From Malacoraja senta (lineage: Eukaryota), in the NCBI GenBank assembly GCA_038087875.1, contig CM075987.1, forward strand, positions 27,344,001 to 27,408,000: 64,000 nucleotides of DNA, written 5' to 3'. Of this stretch, positions 12,481 through 24,779 are shown in pieces. The notes beneath the pieces were generated by a model that was not told the DNA's origin, did no database searches, and saw only the letters and a list, made by a program, of their open reading frames with translations. Positions within the stretch are counted from its first letter, which is position 1. Every line of letters begins with the position of its first letter. Position numbers and translations under genes: made by a program.

Positions 12481-13931
12481 GTCAATAACTCATCGCAGGG
12501 CCTGATTTAATTGTCTAAAAATAAATGCTGCATCTGAAAAGAAAAAACTTGCAGTTATATTTCTATCTAAACTGTCCACAACAAAAATAGAAAAGTTATA
12601 CATAATTATTAGTACTCCCATTTGTGAATAACAAGTACTACAAAAGGCTATGTATGTCCATCAAAAACCTGGATAAAACACACACTTTGGGTTGTGACAT
12701 ATTGCAGTATTTACAGCATAAAACAAGGCTGCTCAGCTCGCCGGATACATGCTCCACACAAGCCTCATCCTTTATGCAAACTATAATACTAACCTATTTT
12801 CTTCTCCTACCTTCCAGTCAAACATTCATACATGGGTTAAACAAGATAGTTGAATGTTAAAGCAAAATGGTCTCCAAACTTCGCCTCATAGACTGCAGGC
12901 TGTCCAACCTGAAAATGGCAGCACCATATACTCTAGTATTATTGGTGAATAAATGCTAATCCCAGAAGAAAGATAGAATTTTGTACAAGCTGATGTAAAT
13001 GCAGAAAGTTTCAATCTTCCTGATGGCCCAAAATTTCTCATTGTGCACCCAAGTAGCACAAGGCAAAAAGTTTAAAATCTCTTGACATAGGTACAAACAC
13101 ACATTTAAATAATTTATTTTTCCCAGTTGTACTAACCTAGAAACTGAATCTATACTCAGTAAATATAAATTTATCTTCAGACACTTTTCTATTTAAAGTT
13201 AAGAGAAAAAGAAACATTTGCTTTTCAACACCGCAGTCAGATAACCAAAGCACTATTGAACCAAAACATGAGCTCCTGACTATTCTGTTCTGACAATGTG
13301 CTTCTCCCCCTCCCTTCATACAGCAAGTGATATTCCACCTTATATTGTTATTTGATCTCCAAACCAGCATTTTGCACTAGAAGTCTTTTGTGAGTCACTG
13401 GAACATTTAGGGCCATAGTTCCCAGTGAACTAAATTGATTTTTAGTATAATTCTCCTGATATTAGCCAAACCAGTACAAAATGAAAAGGAACAAATACTG
13501 TACAATTAATTCCCCGCCTTTCACACTAGTTTAAATACAAATCCCACGTCTCGTTGCATCCCCAAATCAAATGAATCACTACAGATTATTCAATAGCGTT
13601 TCCACACATTGTATCTAGCCTCCAGAGTAATGAAGCACCAATTTACAGTTTATACGATTACACCCATAATGTTACTGAACCGTCCTCTCACCAACTCAAG
13701 AGCGGCCCTCACCTCCCAGCTATATCATCGGAAACCTTTGAACTCTATTTAATCAGACCTTATCTTGCAGTAAATGTTATAGCCTGTATCTATACACTTG
13801 ACTGTGATCATGTATGGTCCTTTCTTTGACTGGATAGGACGCAAACCAAAGCTTTTCACAGTACCTTGCTACACGTGACAATAATAAACTGAACTAAGAG
13901 TGTGAACCGAAAGAAAACAATGAAATCCTTA

Positions 13932-14408
13932 AGGGCCTGTCCCACGAGCATGCGACTGCATGCGGCAAGCGCGACCTAACGTGGTCGCTTGAGCCGTACG
14001 GCCTCGCTGGGTCGGTCCCACTTCGTTCGCCGGAGACGTATGGAGTTGTGCGGAGTTGGTCCCGACGTCGCGCGGGGCTCCGAAAAACTGACACTGTCAA
14101 AAAATTCCGCGCGGCAACGGCCTGTCGGCCCGCAGCCGCATTGAGGCCGTACGCACCGCCTCGACGAGCGTGCGCAGCGTCTCGACACCGTACGTCAAGT
14201 GCAAACTTCCCGCGGACTTCGTTCGAACTTCACGTCAACTCGTACGGGATCACTCGACCTCCGCGCAGCCCCCGCTTCCGGTTTGGTCGCGCTCGCCGCA
14301 TGCAGTCGCATGCTGGTGGGACAGGCCCTGAATGGGGATCACCCGACCTCCGCGCAGCCCCTGCTTCCGGTTTGGTCGCGCTTGCCGCATGCACGTGGGA
14401 CAGGCCCT
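13932..14408. mobile_element. PIF/Harbinger-type MITE with duplicated right end
   Basis: TIR AGGGCCTGTCCCAC / GTGGGACAGGCCCT; TTA TSD at 13929-13931 and 14409-14411. Confidence 0.8.
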
Positions 14409-17400
14409 TTACTTGCAGCAGCATAACACAGTAAAGGGATGTGGGTCAATGCAGGCAAATGGGACCGGCATCGTGTCAGCACAAATAAATTGGGACGCAG
14501 TGCCCATTTCTGTGATGTGTAACTACGACTCTATAGCCAGGGCATAGACACAAAAATCTGGTGCAACTCAGCGGGTCAGACAGCATCTCTGGAGAAAAGG
14601 AATAAGTGATATTTCGGCTCGAGACCCTTCTTCAGAGAGCCAGGGGAGAGGGAAATGAGAAACATAGACGGTGTAATAGAGATATTAATAGATGAAATTA
14701 ATGAAAGATATGCAAAAAAGTAACGCCGATCAAGGAAAGGTGGCGCCCACAATGGTCCATTGTTGGCTGCGGGGAAGGTGATGACGAGTGGATACAGACT
14801 GTGAAACTAAACAGGACAACAGTGAAACTAGGAGACAGACACACAATATGCTGGAGTAACTCAGTGGGACAGGCAGCATCACTGGAGAGAAAAACTAGAA
14901 TTGAATTGAATTGAATAAATTGTATTAGCCATTACATTATACATACAAGGAATTAGCCTTGGTGCTTTGCTCGCAGGGATAACAACACGATATACAGCAC
15001 ACAATAAAAAATAAAACATGTGAAGAAATTTAAACATGTGAAGAATAACATACAATGCCAGAGCTAAGTGGAGCGAGGTGGAGGATAAATGCGTGTCTGA
15101 AGGACTGGTGCAGAAGGCAGGGATTCAAATTTCTGGATCATTGGGACCTCTTTTGGGACAGGTGCGACCTGTACAAAAAGGATGGGTTGCACTTGAACCT
15201 GAGGGGGACCGATATCCTGGCGGGGAGATCTGCAAAGGCTACTGGGGAGACTTTAAACTAGAATGGTTGGGGGGAGGGCATCAAATAGAGAAAGCTATTA
15301 GACAGTGTGTGAGGCAGGAGGCAGAGAAGGAAAGCACTCAGACCCAACATGTAGGGGGGAAAGAAGAAAACAATAATAAACAGAGAATAAGAGGTGGTGG
15401 GGTTCTTAAATGGGTGAGCAGAGAAACAGAGGGGTGTAAAATGCGGGCGGAAGCAATAGGTAGCAAGGTGAAAAGTAAAAGTGGCAGGCAGACAAATCCA
15501 GGGCAAAAATCAAAAAGGGCCACTTTTCAACATAATTGTATAAGGGGTAAGAGCGTTGTAAAAACAAGCCTGAAGGCTTTGTGTCTCAATGCAAGGAGCA
15601 TTCGTAATAAGGTGGATGAGTTGAACGTGCAGATAGCTATTAATGATTATGATATAGTTGGGATCATGGAGACATGGCTCCAGGGTGACCAAGGCTGGGA
15701 GCTGAACATCCAGGGATATTCAATATTCAGGAGGGATAGAGAGAAAGGAAAAGGAGATGGGGTAGCGTTGCTGGTTAGAGAGGAGATTAACGCAGTGGAA
15801 AGGAAGGACATTAGCTTGGAGGATGTGGAATCGGTATGGGTAGAGCTGCGAAACAATAAGGGGCAGAAAACGCTGGTGGGTGTTGTGTACAGGCCACCTA
15901 GCAGTAGTGGTGAAGTTGGGGATGGCATCAAACAGGAAATTAGAAATGCGTGCAACAAAGGCAAAACAGTTATAATGGGTGACTTCAATCTACATATAGA
16001 TTGGGTGAATCAAATTGGCAGGGGTGCTGAGGAAGAGGATTTCTTGGAATGTATGCGGGATAGTTATCTAAACCAACATGTAGAGGAACCAACGAGAGAG
16101 CATGCTATTCTAGACTGGGTATTGAGTAATGAGGAAGGGTTAGTTAGCAGTCTTGTTGTGCGTGCCCCCTTGGGCAAGAGTGACCATAATATGGTTGAGT
16201 TCTTCATTAGGATGGAGAGTGACATTGTTAATTCAAAAACAATGGTTCTGAACTTAAAGAAAGGTAACTTTGAGGGTATGAGACGTGAATTGGCCAAGAT
16301 TGACTGGCAATTAGTTCTAAAAGGGTTGACGGTGGATATGCAATGGAAGGCATTTAAAGACTGCATGGATGAACTACAAAAATTGTTCATCCCAGTTTGG
16401 CAAAAGAATAAATCAGGGAAGGTAGTGCATCCGTGGATAACAAGGGAAATCAGGGATAGTATCAAAGCAAAAGATGATGCGTACAAATTAGCCAGAAAAA
16501 GCAGCATACCAGAGGACTGGGAGAAATTCAGAGACCAACAGAGGAGGACAAAGGGCTTAATTAGGAAAGGGAAAATAGATTATGAAAGAAAACTGGCAGG
16601 GAACATAAAAACTGACTGCAAAAGTTTTTATAGATATGTGAAGAGAAAGAGATTAGTTAAAATGTAGGTCCCTTGCAGTCAGAAACAGGTGAATTGATCA
16701 TGGGGAACAAGGATATGGCGGACCAATTGAATAACTACTTTGGTTCCGTCTTCACTAAGGAAGACATAAATAATCTGCCGGAAATAGCAGGGGGCCGCGG
16801 GTCAAAGGAGATGGAGGAACTGAGTGAAATCCAGGTTAGTCGGGAAGTGGTGTTGGGTAAATTGAATGGATTAAAGGCCGATAAATCACCAGGGCCAGAT
16901 AGGCTGCATCCCAGAGTACTTAAGGAAGTAGCTCCAGAAATAGTGGATGCATTAGTGATCATTTTTCAAAACTCTTTAGATTCTGGAGTAGTTCCTGAGG
17001 ATTGGACGGTAGCAAACGTAACCCCACTTTTTAAGAAGGGAGGGAGAGAGAAAACGGGGAATTACAGACCAGTTAGTCTAACATCGGTAGTGGGGAAACT
17101 GCTAGAGTCAGTTATTAAAGATGGGATAGCAGCACATTTGGAAAGTGGTGAAATCATTGGACAAAGTCAGCATGGATTTACGAAAGGTAAATCATGTCTG
17201 ACGAATCTTATAGAATTTTTCGAGGATGTAACTAGTAGAGTGGATAGGGGAGAACCAGTGGATGTGTTGTATCTGGACTTTCAGAAGGCTTTCGACAAGG
17301 TCCCACATAAGAGATTAGTATACAAACTTAAAGCACACGGTATTGGGGGTTCAGTATTGATGTGGATAGAGAACTGGCTGGCAAACAGGAAGCAAAGAGT

Positions 17401-17855
17401 AGGAGTAAACGGGTCCTTTTCACAATGGCAGGCAGTGACTAGTGGGGTACCGCAAGGCTCAGTGCTGGGACCCCAGCTATTTACAATTTATATTAATGAG
17501 CTGGATGAGGGAATTGAAGGCAACATCTCCAAGTTTGCGGATGACACTAAGCTGGGGGGCAGTGTTAGCTGTGAGGAGGATGCTAGGAGACTGCAAGGTG
17601 ACTTGGATAGGCTGGGTGAGTGGGCAAATGTTTGGCAGATGCAGTATAATGTGGATAAATGTGAGGTTATCCACTTTGGTGGCAAAAACAGGAAAGCAGA
17701 CTATTATCTAAATGGTGGCCGATTAGGAAAAGGGGAGATGCAGCGAGACCTGGGTGTCATGGTACACCAGTCATTGAAAGTAGGCATGCAGGTGCAGCAG
17801 GCAGTGAAGAAAGCGAATGGTATGTTAGCTTTCATAGCAAAAGGATTTGAGTATA

Positions 17856-18728
17856 GGGGGGTTGCACGTAAGGTCACCGGGTCATAGGGCTTGACGCACG
17901 GAGCCGCTCAATCCATCTGGAAGACATCCGTCACTTCCGGTATATGTTATTAATACAAGAAACGCGTACTTTCCTACCTGTTAAAAAACGCCAAAATGTT
18001 GAATTTTTTCGCTGTAAAAAATTGTGGAAGTCGGGGTAAGTGTGAGTGACATGTACCCAACTTCAGAATTCCAAAAGTGAAGCGAAATGAAGGTAAAGAG
18101 AAGCGAGAGCTGAAGGGACAACAACAGCTAAAGTGCTTGGTGAACATTGGCCATGCAGATATCGGAATTGAAAATATCGGGATTTATCGCGTTTGTTCGC
18201 TGCATTTCATTAACGGTAAGGCATTATTTGTTTTGTTTTTTATTTCTTTGGTATCTAAAAAGTCTCAGAAGTGGTAAATCTGGTTGTAAATTTTGCTTCA
18301 GAGGCGTTTTATTTTTGTATGTAAAAACCCATGAGAACCAGGGGCGATTATCCCTTCTGAAACTTTTTAGATGCCAAAGGAATCAAGAAAAAACACAAAT
18401 AATGCCTTAGTTGATGAACTGCAGTGAGCAAACGGCCAATGTTCGCCAAGCACTCTGGCTGTTGTTGTTCCTTTCAGCTCTCGCTTCAATCTACCATAAT
18501 TTCTCCTCACTTTTTGAATTCTGAAGTTGGCTAAATGTCTCACGCTTATCCCGATTTCCATAATTATTTACAGTGCAAAAGTTGACCATTTCGGCGGGTT
18601 TTAACGGGCCCACTACGCTGGAAACAATGGTAAGTGCCTGCCTACAGTTCATCGCGTGTAATCCATTTGGCGTAGTGTAGCAACAGTACGGGTCATGGGG
18701 TCGTGACCCAACTGCCGTGAAACCTCCC
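17856..18728. mobile_element. Non-autonomous foldback DNA transposon inserted in CR1
   Basis: Interrupts CR1 gagtataggag. Terminal IR GGGGGGTTGCACG vs GGGAGGTTTCACG; TATA (or AT) duplication; long imperfect internal IRs ~17975-18152 and ~18434-18610. Confidence 0.8.
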
Positions 18729-18773
18729 TATAGGAGCAGGGAGGTTCTACTGCAGTTGTACAGGGTCTTGGTG

Positions 18774-18960
18774 AAACATAGAAACATAGAAACATAGAAA
18801 GTAGGTGCGAGAGTAGACCACCAGGCCCATCGAGCCCGCACCGCCATTCGCTCATGGCTGAACACTAAACAGACACCCTTACCCACAAACAGTAGACACA
18901 AGACACAGAACACAAGACACTACCCTCCCCTTTATATCACTATCACCCCTCTCCACCCCA
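18774..18960 (-). mobile_element. Short element with a CR1-type 3' tail inserted antisense into CR1
   Basis: Splits CR1 ttggtg|agaccacac; (tttctatg)n tail and CR1-like 3' stem, with an unrelated 5' part. Confidence 0.7.
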
Positions 18961-19959
18961 AGACCACACCTGGAGTATTGCATACAGTTTTGGTCTCCAA
19001 ATCTGAGGAAGGACATTATAGCCATAGAGGGAGTGCAGAGAAGGTTCACCAGACTGATTCCTGGGATGTCAGGACTTTCATATGAAGAAAGACTGGATAG
19101 ACTTGGCTTATACTCACTAGAATTTAGGAGATTGAGGGGGGATCTTATAGAAACGTACAAAATTCTTATGGGGTTGGACAGGCTAGATGCAGGAAGATTG
19201 TTCCCGATGTTGGGGAAGTCCAGGACAAGGGGTCACAGCTTAAGGATAAGGGGGAAATCCTTTAAGACCGAGATGAGGAAAAACTTTTTCACACAGAGAG
19301 TGGTGAATCTCTGGAACTCTCTGCCACAGAGGGTAGTTGAGGCCAGTTCATTGGCTATATTTAAGAGGGAGTTAGATGTGGCCCTTGTGGCTAAAGGGAT
19401 CAGGGGGTATGGAGAGAAGGCAGGTACAGGATACTGAGTTGGATGATCAGCCATGATCATATTGAATGGCGGTGCAGGCTCGAAGGGCCGAATGGCCTAC
19501 TCCTGCACCTATTTTCTATGTATCTATGTATCTATGTATCTAAAGGAGGCGACAGACTTTTGGCTGTTGACTGGTACAGCGACTAGGGTGCTCTATCACT
19601 AGGATACAAACAACAAGGATACAAAGGACATTTATTATCACATACACCAAATGGTGTAGTGAAATTTGACTTGCCAATGTAGCACACGAATAAAGATTAG
19701 ACACAATATTAAAGAATCTAACAACATAAAAACATCCTCCCACTGTGGGGGAAGGCAGCAAAGTCCAGTCCCATCCCCTGGTGGTGGAAGGTTTCCTGCC
19801 TCCGTCAGACAGACACCAAAAGCTGGAGTAACTCAGCGGGACGGGCAGCATCTATGGAGACAAGGAACGGGTCGAGACCCTTCTTCAGACTCACCAGCTT
19901 TCTGTTTCTATCTTCAGGTTTAAACCAGCATCTGCAATTCCTTCTCACACACTCAGCCC

Positions 19960-20500
19960 TCCGTCGTTTCGGATCTATGATTGCCCGTGCCCGTTCCCTC
20001 TCCTCCTCCTCCTCCTCCTCCTCCTCCCGGGGCTACTCTCCCGCCATTCGGCCCCGCGGGCGGGAGCGGGAGCGCGCGCCCCCTACCCCACCCCACCCCG
20101 CGCGCGTCCCCGAGCCCGAGGGCGGCCGTTTGTCCCTCCCCGCGCGCCCAACGGTCACTCACCCCATTCCCGCCAGCCTGCTCGTCCCCTCACTCCGCGC
20201 ATGCTCGCAGGTCGCCCCGCCCCGCCCCCCCCCCCGCCCATCGGAGGCGGGCCTTGCCGCGATTGGCAGCCGCGACGACCATTCCCACCGTCGCCCTCCG
20301 CTCGGCGCTGCGTGATCGACGGCAGCGGCCACCAATCACAGCAGCGAGTATCGTCACAGGTAGGCGGGCCTTTGACGGTCACGTGGTTCTCCCACCACGT
20401 GGTGGCGCTCGGCTTCCCCCCCCCCACCCTCACACACACACGTGACCTCGCGGCCGCTGGGCGTCGAGCGGTTGTCGGCGTGAAGCGGCCGCGGGAGTTT
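19960..20500 (-). promoter_or_regulatory. DPH7: CpG island, probable DPH7 promoter and non-coding exon 1 (donor after 20163)
   Basis: Very GC/CpG-rich; GGG|GTGAGT donor on minus; CCAAT at 20262 (rc) and 20332; GC boxes; CACGTG at 20380, 20396 and 20439. Confidence 0.7.
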
Positions 20501-20749
20501 AAAGCCCAGGCTAGACAAACAAATGCTGGTGCTCGCCAATACCAACTAAATGTACTGGGGTTTCGGCTCAGCAGATCGGGCAGCATCTATGGAGGGAATA
20601 TCCGGATCAAAGTGAATGGGATAAGCTGAACAACAAGCAATATGTGCTAAAGAAGAGAGGACAACAAGGGAACACGTCTGTGGCAGGGCGGAAAACAAGA
20701 GAAAATGGAGGGGACAAGCAAATTATCTTTATATCTTTGGGTACAAGTG

Positions 20750-21202
20750 GAGATGGACATGGAGTTAGACCTGGACCCGATTTGGACCTGCACTGGAGTT
20801 GGACCTGGACTGGAGTTGGACCTTCTGAATTTTGTAGTCGGCAGGGCAGTACTCTGCATATCGCCAACTTGGACAATTTTACATTTTTTATCAAGCCAAT
20901 AAACCCACAAACCTGTACGTCTTTGGAGTGTGGGAAGAAACCGAAGATCTCAGAGAAAACCGACGCAGATCACAGGAAGAACGTACAAACTCCATACAGA
21001 CAGCACCCGTAGTCAGGATCGAACCCGGGTCTCTGGCGCTGCATTTTGCTATAAGGCAGCAACTCTACCGCTGTGCCACGGTGACCTGGACTGGAGTTGG
21101 ACCTGGACGGGAATTGGGCCTGGACTGGGGTTGGACCTGGATCTGAAGTTGGACTGGATCTGAAGTTGGACCTGGACTGGAATTGGACGTGGATCTGGAC
21201 TG
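20750..21202. repeat. Degenerate (tggacc/tggact)-based tandem repeat split by a minus-strand tRNA-derived SINE (~20880-21082)
   Basis: Hexamer-periodic blocks on both sides of a SINE with A/B boxes. Confidence 0.7.
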
Positions 21203-22020
21203 AAATCAAAAACTTTATTTGCCATTTGTGCTTACACACATAGGAATTCTTGTGCGGTTGTTCAGAGAGTCAAATCAAGTCAAGTTAAAAAGACACACAG
21301 AAAAACACATAATCTATAAACTATAAACACATGTACTATGATATGTTATGAGGTGGGTCAGGACATCAGTTCATTTTGTTTTGGCCAAGAGTCTCACTGT
21401 GGCAGGGAAGAAGCTCTTGAAAAAGCGTGTTCTGTTTGTGACGATGCTGTCCGCTCGTCTGTGCCTGAGGTTGTATGTGCAGTTTTTGTGTTTGAGCAGG
21501 GAGTGCGCTGGATGTAGTGTGTCTCTGATGATTCTCTCTGCTCTTTTTTGACAGCGCTGTGTGTAGATTGTTTCCATGGAGGGAAGTTCCGTTCTGATAA
21601 TCCTCTCTGCAGTCTTTATGACTCTTTGCAGAGCCTTCCTCTCTGTCTGTGTGGTGTTTCCATACCACACCGTAATGCCTGTGGTGAGGATGCTCTCTAT
21701 CAGTCCTTTGTAGACCTGGGTGAGAGGGCGACAGTGCAGACCAGCTTTTCTGAGCAGCCTGATGAAGTACAGTCTCTGCTGGGCTTTTTTCACTGTTGCG
21801 GCAGTGTTCAAAGTCCAGTTCAGATCTGATGTTACTTGTAATCCCAGGTATCTGTAACTGTCAGCCCTCTCCACCACAGTCCCCTTGATGATGAGGGGCT
21901 GCAGGGGGGGTGGATTTTTTCTGGTCCATTATTATTTCTCTTGTCTCGTCTGTGTTGAGGCTTAGGTCGTTCACCTCACCATAGGCAAGAATGTCATTCA
22001 CCAGATTCCTGTAGCCCGAC
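21200..22020 (-). mobile_element. Rex1/Babar-like LINE 3' fragment
   Basis: ORF 21371..21877: YLGL, KKAQQRLYFIRLLRK, IESILT..ITVWYGN, HPAHSL, RFFKSFFPATVRLL. Confidence 0.8.
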
Positions 22021-22099
22021 TGGACTGGACATAAACGGTTTATGTGGACTGGACATGGACATAAACGGTTTAATATAGACAAAACTGTTTAATATAGAC

Positions 22100-23645
22100 A
22101 AAACATCTTTGGAGCGATGGAAATAGGCAACGTTTCGGGCCGCAACCCTTCTTCAGACTGATGTGTGTGGGGGGGGAGGGGGAGGGGGCGGGAAGAAAGG
22201 AAGAGGTGGAGCCAGTGGACTGAGGGAGAACTGAGAAGGGGAGGAGAAAGTAAGGACTACCTGAAATTAGAGAAGTCAATGTTCATACCGCTGGGGTGCA
22301 GACTGCCCAAGCGAAATATGAGGTGCTGCTCCTCCAATTTACGGTGGTCCTCACACTGGCCATGGAGGAGGCCGAGGACAGAAGGTCGGATTCGGAATGG
22401 GAGGGGGAGTTGAAGTGCTGAGCCACCAGACCAGGTTGGTTATTGTGAACCGAGCAGAGGTGTTCGGCGAAGCGATTGCCAAGCCGACGCTTGGTCTCAC
22501 CGATGTAGAGCAGCTAACACCTAGAGCAGCGGATGCAATAGATGAGGTTGGAGGAGGTGCAGGTGATCCTCTGCCGCACCTGGAAAGACTGCTTGGGTCC
22601 TTGAAAGGAGTCAAGGGGGGAGGTAAAGTGTAGCATTTCTTGCGGTTGCAAGGGAAAGTGCCCGGAGAGGGGGTGGTTCGGGTGAGAAGGGACGAATTGA
22701 CCAGGGAGTTACGGAGGGAGCGGTCGCTGCGGAAAGCAGACAGGGGAGGAGATGGGAAGGTGTGGCAAGTGGTGGGGTCACGTTGGAGGTGGCGAAAATG
22801 ACGGAGAATTATTTGTTGTACGTGACGGCTGGTAGGGTGGAAGGTGAGGACAAGGGAGACTCTGCCCTTGTTACGAGTGGGGATGGGGAGTGAGTAGAGT
22901 CACAGGGTATAGAAGAAACCCTGGTGAGAGCCTCATCTATGGTAGAGGAAGGGAACCCCCGTTCCCTGAAGAATGAGAACTTCTCCGATGCCCTGGTGTG
23001 GAACACCTCATCCAGGGTCCAGATGCGGCGTTGACGGAGGAAAATTGGAGTAGGGGATGGAGTCCTTACAGGAAGCAGGGTGAGAAGCAGTGTAGACCAG
23101 ATAGCCATGGGCGTCAGTGGGTTTATAGTGGATGTCGGTCAGGAGTCTATCCCCTGCGATATAGTGAGGTCAAGAAATGGTAGGGAATTGTCGGAAATGG
23201 TCCAGGTGTATTTGAGTGCCGGATGGAAGTTGGTGGTGAAATGGATGAAGTCAGTGAGTTGTGTGTGGGTGCAGGAGGTAGCACCAATGCAGTTGTCGAT
23301 GTAGCGGAGGTAGAGTTCGGGGATGAGGCCACGGTACGTCTGGAACAAGGATTGTTCGACGTACCCTACAAAGAGGCAGGCATAGCTAGGGCCCATGCGG
23401 GTGTCCATAGCTACGCCTTGTATTTGGAGGAAATGGGAGGAGTCAAACAAAGTTATTAAGGGTAAGGACCAGCTCTGCTAGGCAGTGGGCGGGGATTGGT
23501 TGCTTCTCTGGTCGAGGAAGAAACTGAGGGCTTTGAGACCCTCCTGGTGGGGGATGGAGGCGTAGAGTGACTGGACAACCATGGTGAAGATGAGGGAATG
23601 GGGGCCTAGAAAATGGAAGTCCTGGAGTCGACGAAGAGCGTGTGA
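22100..23645 (-). mobile_element. Penelope-like element (RT, GIY-YIG remnants and terminal repeat)
   Basis: LQIQGVAMDTRMGPSYACLFVG, LYLRYIDNCIG, LPFLDL; hammerhead-type terminus ~22128-22156. Confidence 0.85.
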
Positions 23646-24779
23646 CATAAACTGGACTGGAATGAAAGGTACACAAAAATGCTGGAGAAACACAGCGGGT
23701 GCAGCAGCATCTATGGAGCGAAGGAAATAGGTAACGTTTCGGGCCGAAACCCTTCTTGAACATTGACATGGGGAGGTAGGCACAAAATGCTGGAGTAACT
23801 CAGTGGGATGGGCAGCATCTCTGGAGAGAAGGAATGGGTGATGTTTTGTGTCGAGACCCTTGTTCAGCCTCGACCCAAAAAGTCACCCATTCCTTCTCTC
23901 CAGAGATGCTGCCCATCCCACTGAGTTACTCCAGCATTTTGTGCCGTATCTTCGATTTAAACCAGCATCTGCAGTTCTTTCGTACGCAGATTACTTTTGT
24001 GGTTCATCTGTAGAAGTGTGTAAGTCATTGGGGACATGCAGAATTTCCTGAAGTTCTGGTGTGCCTTGTTGGCTGTCACACCAATTAAGTTTGTTGGTAA
24101 TAGATTATTGGTAATATTAACACCAAGGAACATCAGCTATCATCTTTAGCAGAGCAATTTTTAAAATAAATTCCTTATATGAGAAAGATGCGTATTTACC
24201 TCCTATATGGACCCACTCCATATCCAATGTTATTCCCGTTTCCAAGGAAATTAGTTTCTGTATCTTATCCAACTAACCCTCAGATTAAAAAAAAAATCAT
24301 TCACCATTCTAAAACACAGGAACATTAATTTTTCATGCAACTTGTCAATTTAACTTCTAACCTTAGAATTATCAAACAAATCTGCACTATAACCTCCCCG
24401 AGGCCCATGTCTTTGAATTTTGGCTCTCAAAACTGAAGTGTTTCATCCCTTTGGTCTTGATTTTGTACAAGCATCACTTCCTTCTTTGAAGATAACGGTC
24501 AATATTTTATACTTGTTATTGTCCATTGGCTTTAGTGATTCACAAACATGGCCCCAAATCCATTTGCTCTTCCATTACTCCTATTAAAGAAGTTAAAGTT
24601 GTTTTTCTTGAATACAGGTTGTGGGTTCTTGGTACCATCAATCAATACTTGAAAAATGAACAGTAATCTTTCAGCTATTTCTGTGGATATGATTTAAATG
24701 CAATTGCCAGGGTTGAAAGACCACAAGCAGAAATAAAATGATTAAGATTGGTTTGCAGAGTCAAAAAGATTGATTCAGC

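Larger units (their letters stand above)
15055..19542 (+). mobile_element. Long CR1 LINE (ORF1 SGNH-esterase end, ORF2 APE and RT), with a frameshift and two nested insertions
   Basis: ORF1 DGLHLN; ORF2 LNARSIRNK, MGDFN, SDH, YRPVSLTS, LDFQKAFD, FADDTKL; 4-nt deletion near 16660 relative to the copy at 32291; (tatctatg)n tail. Confidence 0.95.

Noticed and set aside
15078..17887. Functional host endonuclease/RT gene
   Set aside because: CR1 ORF2 with a frameshift and insertions
19854..20629. Pro/Gly/Arg-rich ORFs
   Set aside because: Stop-poor CpG island, open in many frames, no recognisable domain
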